Source: Phallusia mammillata
Lineage: Eukaryota
DNA length: 64,000 nt
Direction of reading: 5' to 3'
Assembly (NCBI GenBank): GCA_965637545.1
Contig: OZ281499.1
Location: 14,384,001 to 14,448,000 of the forward strand
A program made the position numbers and the translations under genes. The notes beneath the pieces were generated by a model that did no database searches, was not told the DNA's origin, and saw only the letters and a list, made by a program, of their open reading frames with translations. Positions 31,350-48,150 of this stretch are shown here, one piece after another. Positions within the stretch are counted from its first letter, which is position 1, and each line of letters opens with the position of its first letter.

Positions 31350-32700
31350 GCACCAAAGCAAGCGCCGCGGGGGGCTTCATCACCCGAGCGAGGTCATCGC
31401 CGCCCTTGCCCCAAAAAACGGCTCTTTTCAGAGCCACCCGATCGTTCAAAGAGAGAATTGCAACGGCCGAAAGGCGGCCTGGTTAAAGTCATTTGCCGAT
31501 TTCTTGCCGTTGTAGTTTTTCCTCGTTTTGGTCCCAGCCAATTCACCACGAAACACCGAAAAATGTATTTGCCCACACTAAAGCGCCACTAGCCTACTGA
31601 CTGGCCCGCGGGAAAGCGCCCTTTGCGTGTTTTTTTTTCTCTGCCGACGTTTAGGCCAATGATTCGTCTGCTTTTCCGCGCCCGCCAAAAATAACAAATA
31701 AATACACCAATAAATGCTCCACAGCAGCCAGAGAAATACCAAAATCACAAGCAAAACTAGAGCGCTGCCAGCTTGTGCTACTCGAAAAACTCGAAAAGTT
31801 CCACCCGCCGATCTACGATCCTTCCACCACCGGACCGCAACTGAAAAACAACCCGACGGGAAAGGCCCCGGACCGCGAAGGATTTTGCAACAAATTCATT
31901 AATACTTACATAATTAACTGGCGCTAATGCTAATCAATTTGTAAAAGTCACACAATTTTTTGCTCGCCGCAAAGCCGAGATGCAGGCTCTCAAACATTCA
32001 CTCATAACGTAAACTGTTTCTAGTCTTGTGTGTTGGTAATCCCCTGTGGTGTGAAAACATAATAAATGGAACCCACTGATCTGTGAAGGAGCGACGAGCC
32101 AAAGTAAAAACCAAACTCGCATTCCGCTTCGCTTTCAGGCCGCTCACTGACCTGCCTAGCTTGCCCCCTGCTGCGCAGGCGCCCTGTCCGACCTGTACTA
32201 ACCCCCAGGCTTGGCGGTCCCAACAGTTCACCCCACACGACAGCAGCGGACGGCGCCGGGTGTCACGACCTCCGGGGCGCTTCGGCTCCACTTTTGTGAC
32301 AAACCAGGCTTGCCGTGAACAAACCTGTTTGGGCCCGCAGCCGGATTTAGGCCACGCGCACACTCGACTAGGCGTCTCACACAGCTCAACGCCTCGCTCT
32401 GATGCCCCCCGTGGAGCACGCCGGCGCGGTGCGGGTCGCTAATTGCGCTGGCGTGCGACCTGAGCGTCGCACTGCACCACAGGGCACAAGCCGATGCCGA
32501 GCGACCTGGGGCCTCACTGGGGCAGGCCCGCGTTTAGGCGATTCAAGCACAAACTGCAAGTTTCACCCGCACCCGTCGGCGAGCCTTCCAAAACGTCGTT
32601 TCGCGTTAGTGCGGCCAGGCCATACAAATAGGCGTCGACGCCGCTTGCCCGGCAAACTTCATTTTGTTCTGTCAGTCAACCAGTCAGAAGCAACGACACT

Positions 32701-33303
32701 ATGTCCGACTCAAAGAGCGCAGGAAAGAAGCAGGCCAGCAAAAAGGCAGTCGCGCCCAAGGCGCACCCCACCTACCAGGTGATGATCAACGCTGCCATTA
32801 CGCAGCTAAAGGACAGGAGTGGCTCGTCGCGCCAGGCGATCGCCAAGTACATCAAGGCCAACTACAAGGTGGGTGACGGGGCCGACCACCACATCAGGCA
32901 GGCGCTGCGTCGTCTTTCCTCAAAGGGTCAGTTGTTAAACACCAGGGGTAGCAAGGGTGCGTCCGGCTCCTTCAAGCTCGTGAAACCGCAGGCCGGCGAG
33001 GGCAAGAAGAAGAAGCCCAAGGCAGCCGCAAAGAAGGCGGATAAGCCCAAGCAGGCCGCAGCCAAAAAGCCCGCCGCCAAGAAGGATGCAAAGAAGTCCC
33101 CCAAAAAGAAACCGGCGGCCAAACAAACGGCCACCAAGAAGGCGGCGGCAGGCAAGAAGTCGTCACCCAAGAAGGCGGTCAAGCAAGCGAAAAAGACCCC
33201 GGCGGCAAAGAAATCACCCAAGAAGACTGCTGTGAAGTCGAAAAAACCGGCGGCCAAGAAGCAGGCTAAAAAGCCTGCCGCCAAAAAGGCAACCAAGAAG
33301 TAG
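32701..33303 (+). CDS. H1: Histone H1 type B
   Basis: Repeat copy. Confidence 0.97.
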   Translation: MSDSKSAGKKQASKKAVAPKAHPTYQVMINAAITQLKDRSGSSRQAIAKYIKANYKVGDGADHHIRQALRRLSSKGQLLNTRGSKGASGSFKLVKPQAGEGKKKKPKAAAKKADKPKQAAAKKPAAKKDAKKSPKKKPAAKQTATKKAAAGKKSSPKKAVKQAKKTPAAKKSPKKTAVKSKKPAAKKQAKKPAAKKATKK

Positions 33304-33550
33304 AGCGGAGCGGCGTAGAGATCCCCGCTCAACACAAACGGCTCTTTTCAGGGCCACCCACACTTTCGCAAAGAGAAAATGAAGTTTTCGCGCGCAAGCC
33401 GCACTAAGCCCTTTTAACTGTTCCGACCAGTTAACAAGCATTGTGCTCTAGTGCGCCGAATGCGGACATGTTGCACATACTTGCTTCGCTGATATTCGTT
33501 TTGGCACTATATAACTGGGAGGCGCGCAGAATGCGGCACAGTCGCTTTAG

Positions 33551-33892
<342 letters not shown>

Positions 33893-34189
33893 GCACCTTC
33901 CAATCATCGGCAACGGCAGCAACAAAATCGGCCCTTTTCAGGGCCACTCATACTTATCGGGAGAGAATTTGTAAGGGCCGAGTGGCTCGGGCCTCGTGTT
34001 GATTAGCCGGCAACGAGCGGCGATAGATGTTATTTTTGCGCCAATAAAAAAATCCCTCGTTTCGCGGCCGCTTTGCCGATGCGGCGAGATCAAAGGTCTG
34101 ATTGGTCGAGTTGAATTTTCGCAAACCAATAGGCGTGAGTCCACGAAGGTATATAACGCGGACCGAACACTGCCGGTTCATCAGTCTGA

Positions 34190-34657
<468 letters not shown>

Positions 34658-34958
34658 ATAGGGGCATCGGCGCAATCAACAACACAAACGGCTCTTTTCA
34701 GAGCCACCTAAATGCCAGTGAAAGAGATACTTGACTTGTATTTGTCCGCAGTAAGGTGGGCGAACGGTAATTTCGTTGCTCGCGTCGGGCAATAGGAGTA
34801 AAAAAACGAACAGACAGGGCCGCTGAAGCGCAAGCGGATATATGAAAGCAACCAGGGTGCGGGCACAGCACGTCAAACTCTTTTGCGAAAAATCGAGTGG
34901 CTCTGAAAAGAGCCGTTTCTGTTTTGCATCACGTACGAGACGAGACAGGGGCGTCGAT

Positions 34959-35387
<429 letters not shown>

Positions 35388-35671
35388 TCAAATGCCTGCA
35401 AAATGCGTCTGTTCGCTTTTATAGCTCGTGCCTTTGTCGAAATTCTCTCGCATTTCCGTCACGTGCGAATAAAACTCGACCACCGTCGCTCGTACAGCTA
35501 TTGTTTCCTTGTTGCTCTCAGAGGCGCCGCGTCTGAGGAGGTTTGATGTTTCATTTACATACGAGTGTTTATAAAATCGGGCGGTGGCGGGAAAAGCGTC
35601 CAGTTCGTTATTTTAACGTTGAGTTTTAGCACAGCTCGCCGTCGGACAAGACAAACCTAAGGCAAGACAGC

Positions 35672-36031
35672 ATGGCAGCCAGCAAAGGAACTAAAAAAGC
35701 CGTGAAGAAGGCCGCACCGGCCGACAAGACCAAGAAGCGCCGAAAGCGCAGACACGAGACCTTCAGCATCTACATTTACAAGGTTCTGAAGCAAGTGCAC
35801 CCGGACACCGGTATCTCAAGCAAAGCGATGGGCATCATGAACTCGTTCGTCAACGACGTGTTCGAGCGCATTGCCGCCGAGGCCTCACGACTGTCGCTCT
35901 ACAACAAACGATCGACCATCAGCAGCCGCGAGATCCAGACCTCAGTCCGTCTGCTCCTGCCCGGCGAATTGGCCAAGCACGCAGTGTCCGAAGGCACCAA
36001 AGCCGTGACCAAATACACCAGCTCCAAGTAA
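35672..36031 (+). CDS. H2B: Histone H2B type B-b
   Basis: Repeat copy. Confidence 0.97.
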   Translation: MAASKGTKKAVKKAAPADKTKKRRKRRHETFSIYIYKVLKQVHPDTGISSKAMGIMNSFVNDVFERIAAEASRLSLYNKRSTISSREIQTSVRLLLPGELAKHAVSEGTKAVTKYTSSK

Positions 36032-36487
36032 GCGCGGCGCGGGGCTTGATCGAAAACGGCTCTTTTCAGAGCCACCTCAGTACTTAAAAAGGGAATTGCG
36101 ACGGCCGAAACGGCTGTTTTGGACCGTGCTACAGTTTTGGCGAATGTCAAGTTGCTAAAAACCGCTTTGCTGCTGCTGGTGTGTTGGCCTTTTGTCCCAA
36201 AAGCATCGAACAATTTCGGTACCCATAGTTCATAAAATTTCGATTGGTGCAGAGTTTTATTTTTAGCCTGACCGAAAAATTAAAGGATGACGCCAAATTT
36301 ATGTAAAAATCGTTGAAATGTCTGGAATTGGGGATATTATATCGAATGTACCCTATTTCTTTTTCTTGTGCAATTCATGGGCGTCGCGAAATGCGAAGGG
36401 GCGGGGATAAACTCTTTTGCGAATAAAGAAGGTGGCTCTGAAAAGAGCCGTTTTTGCTTCGCGCCACGTACTTGGCCGGGCGCCGAT

Positions 36488-36889
<402 letters not shown>

Positions 36890-37187
36890 TTACTGACACA
36901 CAACAAATCGACTGAATGCCCGCGAGTAACGGATCTTCGCTCTTATAGCTCATGCCCTTGTCGAAATTCTCTCGCATTTCCGTCACGTGCGAATGAAATT
37001 CGACCACAGTCGCTCCTACAGTTATTGTTTCCTTCATGCTCTTGAGGAGCGTCGCCTCTTAAGAGATTTGACGCTTTATTTGCATGCAAATGTTTATAAA
37101 ACCGAGCGGTGGCGGGAAATGCGTTTAGTTCGTTATTTTGACCTTCAGTACCAGCAGTGATCGTAGGCTAAACTGAGGCAGCACAGC

Positions 37188-37547
37188 ATGGCAGCCAGCA
37201 AAGGAACTAAGAAGGCAGTGAAGAAGGCCGCGCCGGCCGACAAGACCAAAAAGCGCCGAAAGCGCAGACGCGAGACCTTCAGCATCTACATTTACAAGGT
37301 TCTGAAGCAGGTACACCCAGACACCGGCATCTCAAGCAAAGCGATGAACATCATGAACTCGTTCGTCAACGACGTGTTCGAGCGCATTGCTGGCGAAGCT
37401 TCCCGCCTGTCGCTCTACAACAAGCGACGGACTATTAGCAGCCGCGAGATCCAGACCTCAGTCCGTCTGCTCCTGCCCGGCGAATTGGCCAAGCACGCAG
37501 TGTCCGAAGGCACCAAGGCCGTTACCAAGTACACCAGCTCCAAGTAA
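37188..37547 (+). CDS. H2B: Histone H2B type B-a
   Basis: Repeat copy. Confidence 0.97.
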   Translation: MAASKGTKKAVKKAAPADKTKKRRKRRRETFSIYIYKVLKQVHPDTGISSKAMNIMNSFVNDVFERIAGEASRLSLYNKRRTISSREIQTSVRLLLPGELAKHAVSEGTKAVTKYTSSK

Positions 37548-38898
37548 GCACCAAAGCAAGCGCCGCGGGGGGCTTCATCACCCGAGCGAGGTCATTGCCG
37601 CCCTTGCCCCAAAAAACGGCTCTTTTCAGAGCCACCCGATCGTTCAAAGAGAGAATTGCAACGGCCGAAAGGCGGCCTGGTTAAAGTCATTTGCCGATTT
37701 CTTGCCGTTGTAGTTTTTCCTCGTTTTGGTCCCAGCCAATTCACCACGAAACACCGAAAAATGTATTTGCCCACACTAAAGCGCCACTAGCCTACTGACT
37801 GGCCCGCGGGAAAGCGCCCTTTGCGTGTTTTTTTTTCTCTGCCGACGTTTAGGCCAATGATTCGTCTGCTTTTCCGCGCCCGCCAAAAATAACAAATAAA
37901 TACACCAATAAATGCTCCACAGCAGCCAGAGAAATACCAAAATCACAAGCAAAACTAGAGCGCTGCCAGCTTGTGCTACTCGAAAAACTCGAAAAGTTCC
38001 ACCCGCCGATCTACGATCCTTCCACCACCGGACCGCAACTGAAAAACAACCCGACGGGAAAGGCCCCGGACCGCGAAGGATTTTGCAACAAATTCATTAA
38101 TACTTACATAATTAACTGGCGCTAATGCTAATCAATTTGTAAAAGTCACACAATTTTTTGCTCGCCGCAAAGCCGAGATGCAGGCTCTCAAACATTCACT
38201 CATAACGTAAACTGTTTCTAGTCTTGTGTGTTGGTAATCCCCTGTGGTGTGAAAACATAATAAATGGAACCCACTGATCTGTGAAGGAGCGACGAGCCAA
38301 AGTAAAAACCAAACTCGCATTCCGCTTCGCTTTCAGGCCGCTCACTGACCTGCCTAGCTTGCCCCCTGCTGCGCAGGCGCCCTGTCCGACCTGTACTAAC
38401 CCCCAGGCTTGGCGGTCCCAACAGTTCACCCCACACGACAGCAGCGGACGGCGCCGGGTGTCACGACCTCCGGGGCGCTTCGGCTCCACTTTTGTGACAA
38501 ACCAGGCTTGCCGTGAACAAACCTGTTTGGGCCCGCAGCCGGATTTAGGCCACGCGCACACTCGACTAGGCGTCTCACACAGCTCAACGCCTCGCTCTGA
38601 TGCCCCCCGTGGAGCACGCCGGCGCGGTGCGGGTCGCTAATTGCGCTGGCGTGCGACCTGAGCGTCGCACTGCACCACAGGGCACAAGCCGATGCCGAGC
38701 GACCTGGGGCCTCACTGGGGCAGGCCCGCGTTTAGGCGATTCAAGCACAAACTGCAAGTTTCACCCGCACCCGTCGGCGAGCCTTCCAAAACGTCGTTTC
38801 GCGTTAGTGCGGCCAGGCCATACAAATAGGCGTCGACGCCGCTTGCCCGGCAAACTTCATTTTGTTCTGTCAGTCAACCAGTCAGAAGCAACGACACT

Positions 38899-39501
38899 AT
38901 GTCCGACTCAAAGAGCGCAGGAAAGAAGCAGGCCAGCAAAAAGGCAGTCGCGCCCAAGGCGCACCCCACCTACCAGGTGATGATCAACGCTGCCATTACG
39001 CAGCTAAAGGACAGGAGTGGCTCGTCGCGCCAGGCGATCGCCAAGTACATCAAGGCCAACTACAAGGTGGGTGACGGGGCCGACCACCACATCAGGCAGG
39101 CGCTGCGTCGTCTTTCCTCAAAGGGTCAGTTGTTAAACACCAGGGGTAGCAAGGGTGCGTCCGGCTCCTTCAAGCTCGTGAAACCGCAGGCCGGCGAGGG
39201 CAAGAAGAAGAAGCCCAAGGCAGCCGCAAAGAAGGCGGATAAGCCCAAGCAGGCCGCAGCCAAAAAGCCCGCCGCCAAGAAGGATGCAAAGAAGTCCCCC
39301 AAAAAGAAACCGGCGGCCAAACAAACGGCCACCAAGAAGGCGGCGGCAGGCAAGAAGTCGTCACCCAAGAAGGCGGTCAAGCAAGCGAAAAAGACCCCGG
39401 CGGCAAAGAAATCACCCAAGAAGACTGCTGTGAAGTCGAAAAAACCGGCGGCCAAGAAGCAGGCTAAAAAGCCTGCCGCCAAAAAGGCAACCAAGAAGTA
39501 G
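38899..39501 (+). CDS. H1: Histone H1 type B
   Basis: Repeat copy. Confidence 0.97.
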   Translation: MSDSKSAGKKQASKKAVAPKAHPTYQVMINAAITQLKDRSGSSRQAIAKYIKANYKVGDGADHHIRQALRRLSSKGQLLNTRGSKGASGSFKLVKPQAGEGKKKKPKAAAKKADKPKQAAAKKPAAKKDAKKSPKKKPAAKQTATKKAAAGKKSSPKKAVKQAKKTPAAKKSPKKTAVKSKKPAAKKQAKKPAAKKATKK

Positions 39502-39748
39502 AGCGGAGCGGCGTAGAGATCCCCGCTCAACACAAACGGCTCTTTTCAGGGCCACCCACACTTTCGCAAAGAGAAAATGAAGTTTTCGCGCGCAAGCCGC
39601 ACTAAGCCCTTTTAACTGTTCCGACCAGTTAACAAGCATTGTGCTCTAGTGCGCCGAATGCGGACATGTTGCACATACTTGCTTCGCTGATATTCGTTTT
39701 GGCACTATATAACTGGGAGGCGCGCAGAATGCGGCACAGTCGCTTTAG

Positions 39749-40090
<342 letters not shown>

Positions 40091-40387
40091 GCACCTTCCA
40101 ATCATCGGCAACGGCAGCAACAAAATCGGCCCTTTTCAGGGCCACTCATACTTATCGGGAGAGAATTTGTAAGGGCCGAGTGGCTCGGGCCTCGTGTTGA
40201 TTAGCCGGCAACGAGCGGCGATAGATGTTATTTTTGCGCCAATAAAAAAATCCCTCGTTTCGCGGCCGCTTTGCCGATGCGGCGAGATCAAAGGTCTGAT
40301 TGGTCGAGTTGAATTTTCGCAAACCAATAGGCGTGAGTCCACGAAGGTATATAACGCGGACCGAACACTGCCGGTTCATCAGTCTGA

Positions 40388-40855
<468 letters not shown>

Positions 40856-41156
40856 ATAGGGGCATCGGCGCAATCAACAACACAAACGGCTCTTTTCAGA
40901 GCCACCTAAATGCCAGTGAAAGAGATACTTGACTTGTATTTGTCCGCAGTAAGGTGGGCGAACGGTAATTTCGTTGCTCGCGTCGGGCAATAGGAGTAAA
41001 AAAACGAACAGACAGGGCCGCTGAAGCGCAAGCGGATATATGAAAGCAACCAGGGTGCGGGCACAGCACGTCAAACTCTTTTGCGAAAAATCGAGTGGCT
41101 CTGAAAAGAGCCGTTTCTGTTTTGCATCACGTACGAGACGAGACAGGGGCGTCGAT

Positions 41157-41585
<429 letters not shown>

Positions 41586-41869
41586 TCAAATGCCTGCAAA
41601 ATGCGTCTGTTCGCTTTTATAGCTCGTGCCTTTGTCGAAATTCTCTCGCATTTCCGTCACGTGCGAATAAAACTCGACCACCGTCGCTCGTACAGCTATT
41701 GTTTCCTTGTTGCTCTCAGAGGCGCCGCGTCTGAGGAGGTTTGATGTTTCATTTACATACGAGTGTTTATAAAATCGGGCGGTGGCGGGAAAAGCGTCCA
41801 GTTCGTTATTTTAACGTTGAGTTTTAGCACAGCTCGCCGTCGGACAAGACAAACCTAAGGCAAGACAGC

Positions 41870-42229
41870 ATGGCAGCCAGCAAAGGAACTAAAAAAGCCG
41901 TGAAGAAGGCCGCACCGGCCGACAAGACCAAGAAGCGCCGAAAGCGCAGACACGAGACCTTCAGCATCTACATTTACAAGGTTCTGAAGCAAGTGCACCC
42001 GGACACCGGTATCTCAAGCAAAGCGATGGGCATCATGAACTCGTTCGTCAACGACGTGTTCGAGCGCATTGCCGCCGAGGCCTCACGACTGTCGCTCTAC
42101 AACAAACGATCGACCATCAGCAGCCGCGAGATCCAGACCTCAGTCCGTCTGCTCCTGCCCGGCGAATTGGCCAAGCACGCAGTGTCCGAAGGCACCAAAG
42201 CCGTGACCAAATACACCAGCTCCAAGTAA
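41870..42229 (+). CDS. H2B: Histone H2B type B-b
   Basis: Repeat copy. Confidence 0.97.
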   Translation: MAASKGTKKAVKKAAPADKTKKRRKRRHETFSIYIYKVLKQVHPDTGISSKAMGIMNSFVNDVFERIAAEASRLSLYNKRSTISSREIQTSVRLLLPGELAKHAVSEGTKAVTKYTSSK

Positions 42230-42685
42230 GCGCGGCGCGGGGCTTGATCGAAAACGGCTCTTTTCAGAGCCACCTCAGTACTTAAAAAGGGAATTGCGAC
42301 GGCCGAAACGGCTGTTTTGGACCGTGCTACAGTTTTGGCGAATGTCAAGTTGCTAAAAACCGCTTTGCTGCTGCTGGTGTGTTGGCCTTTTGTCCCAAAA
42401 GCATCGAACAATTTCGGTACCCATAGTTCATAAAATTTCGATTGGTGCAGAGTTTTATTTTTAGCCTGACCGAAAAATTAAAGGATGACGCCAAATTTAT
42501 GTAAAAATCGTTGAAATGTCTGGAATTGGGGATATTATATCGAATGTACCCTATTTCTTTTTCTTGTGCAATTCATGGGCGTCGCGAAATGCGAAGGGGC
42601 GGGGATAAACTCTTTTGCGAATAAAGAAGGTGGCTCTGAAAAGAGCCGTTTTTGCTTCGCGCCACGTACTTGGCCGGGCGCCGAT

Positions 42686-43087
<402 letters not shown>

Positions 43088-43385
43088 TTACTGACACACA
43101 ACAAATCGACTGAATGCCCGCGAGTAACGGATCTTCGCTCTTATAGCTCATGCCCTTGTCGAAATTCTCTCGCATTTCCGTCACGTGCGAATGAAATTCG
43201 ACCACAGTCGCTCCTACAGTTATTGTTTCCTTCATGCTCTTGAGGAGCGTCGCCTCTTAAGAGATTTGACGCTTTATTTGCATGCAAATGTTTATAAAAC
43301 CGAGCGGTGGCGGGAAATGCGTTTAGTTCGTTATTTTGACCTTCAGTACCAGCAGTGATCGTAGGCTAAACTGAGGCAGCACAGC

Positions 43386-43745
43386 ATGGCAGCCAGCAAA
43401 GGAACTAAGAAGGCAGTGAAGAAGGCCGCGCCGGCCGACAAGACCAAAAAGCGCCGAAAGCGCAGACGCGAGACCTTCAGCATCTACATTTACAAGGTTC
43501 TGAAGCAGGTACACCCAGACACCGGCATCTCAAGCAAAGCGATGAACATCATGAACTCGTTCGTCAACGACGTGTTCGAGCGCATTGCTGGCGAAGCTTC
43601 CCGCCTGTCGCTCTACAACAAGCGACGGACTATTAGCAGCCGCGAGATCCAGACCTCAGTCCGTCTGCTCCTGCCCGGCGAATTGGCCAAGCACGCAGTG
43701 TCCGAAGGCACCAAGGCCGTTACCAAGTACACCAGCTCCAAGTAA
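43386..43745 (+). CDS. H2B: Histone H2B type B-a (last gene of the array)
   Basis: Repeat copy with stem-loop. Confidence 0.97.
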   Translation: MAASKGTKKAVKKAAPADKTKKRRKRRRETFSIYIYKVLKQVHPDTGISSKAMNIMNSFVNDVFERIAGEASRLSLYNKRRTISSREIQTSVRLLLPGELAKHAVSEGTKAVTKYTSSK

Positions 43746-46700
43746 GCACCAAAGCAAGCGCCGCGGGGGGCTTCATCACCCGAGCGAGGTCATTGCCGCC
43801 CTTGCCCCAAAAAACGGCTCTTTTCAGAGCCACCCGATCGTTCAAAGAGAGAATTGCAACGGCCGAAAGGCGGCCTGGTTAAAGTCATTTGCCGATTTCT
43901 TGCCGTTGTAGTTTTTCCTCGTTTTGGTCCCAGCCAATTCACCACGAAACACCGAAAAATGTATTTGCCCACACTAAAGCGCCACTAGCCTACTGACTGG
44001 CCCGCGGGAAAGCGCCCTTTGCGTGTTTTTTTTTCTCTGCCGACGTTTAGGCCAATGATTCGTCTGCTTTTCCGCGCCCGCCAAAAATAACAAATAAATA
44101 CACCAATAAATGCTCCACAGCAGCCAGAGAAATACCAAAATCACAAGCAAAACTAGAGCGCTGCCAGCTTGTGCTACTCGAAAAACTCGAAAAGTTCCAC
44201 CCGCCGATCTACGATCCTTCCACCACCGGACCGCAACTGAAAAACAACCCGACGGGAAAGGCCCCGGACCGCGAAGGATTTTGCAACAAATTCATTAATA
44301 CTTACATAATTAACTGGCGCTAATGCTAATCAATTTGTAAAAGTCACACAATTTTTTGCTCGCCGCAAAGCCGAGATGCAGGCTCTCAAACATTCACTCA
44401 TAACGTAAACTGTTTCTAGTCTTGTGTGTTGGTAATCCCCTGTGGTGTGAAAACATAATAAATGGAACCCACTGATCTGTGAAGGAACCCAATATCGTCA
44501 TAATTCTTCGCGCCATAGAGATAAAATGCTTTGTATTTATTTTTTTCCTAGTGTTGTATTTTGTTGTAACAATTATTGCGAGTCCCGTGAAAATCTTCAA
44601 AATTTTTCAATAGTTTCGACATATAAGCACTTTTTTTTGTTAATTTATTCTAATACACATGTACACTTCTTTGTCTCTCCCCTGTTAATTTTCAATTTGG
44701 TAGTGTACCTAACTGTGGTGTGTCACTGGCAGTTTATTTCGACTTTATTGCAACAGTGATTGGCAAGGCGGCCCACGTAAACTTTTTGCTGTTGTTAAAA
44801 GCAGGGTCAATGACGTCTCAGAGACGCAAAATTTTGCATGACGTTATCATATGACCTTAACTATGTTGTGACTTAATTTTATGTTTTTGTGACGTCATTA
44901 ACTGATGTACGTAGGATTGTGCTCTGGTCTGGACCCCTCTCATCATTATCTGTCAAGTTTCTCCTGAAAAAGCTGTTTGTTGTAAGAAGGCAAGTGTTGC
45001 ATTCTTTCCCTTGTGTTTATGGTTTTAGATTCAATTTTGTGTAATTTGTTTACAGTAGCCAGTAGAAATTTTAAACACTTTGTCTATATTTGCTTTATAG
45101 TTTTCAGCAAAAAATGTTTAAGCTGTAGATTGTATCCCAATCTGTTTTCATTTATTGTTACCAATGTATACATTTCAGCCTCAGCATCTAGCCTCAGCAC
45201 CAGCAAAATAGCCTCATTTTACTAAAATATCATGTGGTTCGGTCAACTGATTTGGATTTGAAAAATACTACTAAAGAGAAGGTTTTAAGGCATTATTGTA
45301 ATGCAAACAATTATGGTAAATTGCATGATCTATTTGCTTTTAGGATTATAGAAAACAAAATTATACTGGGTTACTTTTTTATGTATTTCACAATTTTTCC
45401 CTGTCATATGATCCAACAAACATATTGATGATTTGATGCATTTTTGAAACTAAAACAACAACAACCTGAAATTAAGATGTATATCCTCAGCTACAAATGT
45501 TGAACACTGTTGAACAAATAAGGGTTGTTTAACCCAGGGGGTGATTTTGTCCACCTAGGAAAGTAATTGTGACAATGTTTAAAGTTGAAGAGCAATTTTA
45601 CTTTTCAAAGTCGATTCTAAATTTTCTGCATACAAAATATAAGATTTGGGGAATATGCAATACAACTGTATAACTTGTTGTGTTTATTAGTTTTCCGAAC
45701 AAACACCAAGCAGAACAGGGGCACGCAGCTATTTAAATGATTTGTGTTTGCTGGTAATTGTTTGTGTTTTTATTTTTTTGTAATCTTAATTCAGGTTTAG
45801 GCATTTAATTTGCCACAGGAGACACTGAAATAAGGCTATATAGATACAATGGTAACAAGCATTTTTGAATTTTTTTCACGTTCACACCCTCTACACCAGT
45901 GCTTTTTTAAACTACAAAGTATTTGTATCATTTAGTTTAGTAATAAACAGTATTATCAATTGTGACTTTATGTAAAATGAATAGGAGTCTTTTCTGTCAA
46001 GTAAAGGCAGCTTTGTTCCCAGTCTGTCAATAATAATCATAATATTGTCGTATTTATGGTGTCACAATTCATAGGCCTTCCTATCTGAGTTAATTATTTT
46101 AGAACTAGAAGTAATTAACCCAGCATGTTGTTGTAGCATTTCATTTTTATGTGTTAAACTGGATTTTGACTGCATTGCTGAATGTAAGCAATTGCCCGCA
46201 TCTGCTTGAAAGGCAAGCTTCTAAACGAAGTAAATCTTAAAGGCGGCGATTTTCACTGAGAGCCTCGAAAGAGAGTGATTTTCAAAAAAGGTTGAAGACC
46301 ACTTTACTAAATAAAAAAAAAGCCAACACATATTTTTGTAGTTGACCATTCTTATTCTTGTTGGAAAGTTGAATCAATCTATTGATTCTGCGTGTGTGTT
46401 TTTATTTACAGAAGTATATACAAACATTTTTAATGTGGATTTTCTTCGAAGCAATGTTTCTAAAATTTACAAAATTTCTTTACAAAAATCAAATTTTTAA
46501 TTCGCAATTGTTTTAAAGTGAGACAAAATACTGTGATCAAATATTTTTAGTCCTACACTAGTTTTTGTCCGCATTTTTCTTTAGCTTTTGTTCCTTGTGA
46601 CTTCCTTGTTATTTTATTTATTCTTTTAGGCAAATGAGCAAGTAGAAGATTTTGGTTGCCTGTGTACTGACCCAGTGGGTAGACAATTGAACACACTCCG

Positions 46701-47883
46701 TTTATCTGACTCTAATAATTAAACTATCGCTACCTAAACAAACAACAAGACGCAAAGCTAAATTAACGTTCCCACATTATATTTTAATAAGGCATACCAC
46801 GAAATCTTGCGGCTAAACACGCAACACAAAAGTCACCGCGCCAAGAATCAACTGTGAGATATCAATTCCAATGCGTACTCTAGTCACTCTGGTCACTCTT
46901 ATGATAACTCTAGATGACTCTAGATAACTGATTTTAAGTCTAAAATACGTCTATATTTATAGCGTTCAGGTCATATCTCGTTATCACCGGCATAGTCGTA
47001 AAACGTACGCCCGAGAAGATTAACTGTGTTCTAAACCGTAATTATACTTTAAATCGCTTATAGAATTGTCAAGTGTAACATGGCTGGAAGCAGTTTAAGA
47101 CATTGCTTCACGTTAACACGTAAGGGGACGATAAAACGATAGCCTTAAGCAGTAATTGACCGATGCATTAATAAGTAAAACAGGTTTCAACAGTTTTAAC
47201 AGCCGGTCAAGCTTTTGTGTAGAAAAAGGCGAGTTATGAACGGGGTTGACCGTGATGATATGACACGACAATTACACGAATTAAAATGTTTTGAATTAAA
47301 AAGTCCAAAGTCCGATACACCTGAAAAAGAACTCTTTTTAAACAATTATAGATACATGGGCGACATTTTATGTTTGTTAAATACAAAAAAAAACAGGCAT
47401 TACAAATACCATTGATGAGTCAAAAACTGGCTTGCTGTGTATGTTACAATCATTTTGTAACTTGCCCTGTATATGTGTACTGCTGACGGGTGTAATATGT
47501 ATTGAAGTCATCAGTCAGGAGTTTAATCTAAACACTGTTACTATCATTCAGCAGCTTGTAAATTATAAATTGCTGATTGTGACCGAGCTGCCTTTTTTAT
47601 GCATTGTCCTGGTAAGTTTGGCTTTACCCTCTTGTGTTTCTAAACCTGTAAATGTTTGCCTCTTGTGCAGTATTTGTTCGGCGTTTTATAGACGCATTTA
47701 ATGTCAAACCCCTGTGGCCAAACAGTTGGGTATCTGGTGTCCCGGTTTTTCGCTAGCGTCATTGTGTGACGCTCGGGTGAATGAAAGCGTTACACTTGGT
47801 TACATTTCTTGTTGCTGTTGTCTATTTTCACATACTCTGTTGTGTTGTTCATATTCTGCCGATGACATTTTGTCAATAAACAA

Positions 47884-47958
47884 ATTGAAAGGGAGGCACA
47901 CGAAGGTGCTGCGTGGCAATATTCAAGGCGTCACAAACCCATAGCGATCAGGCGTCTT
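47884..47958 (+). pseudogene. Decayed histone H4 fragment (about codons 10-37) fused to a retrotransposon-like 3' end
   Basis: gaaagggaggcacacgaaggtgctgcgtggcaatattcaaggcgtcacaaacccatagcgatcaggcgtctt aligns to H4 [21 protein letters not shown] with indels. Confidence 0.85.
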
Positions 47959-48150
47959 AAGCCTTCCCATATTTATTCATTTTCTTACGACAGTTTGGCT
48001 CGTTCCTGAAGTATAATTCATTTCTTACGTATGCTAATGCATAAATCGTCTTCAACATACGATTGCAGTAACATATATTGACATATCACAGCTGTAACCT
48101 TTTACAGCACACTTACATCCATCGTTAGTATTGAGGAGAGATGCTTCAGA

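Noticed and set aside
46237-46260. TTAA-AGG as a Kolobok- or piggyBac-like terminus
   Set aside because: No matching inverted end was found.
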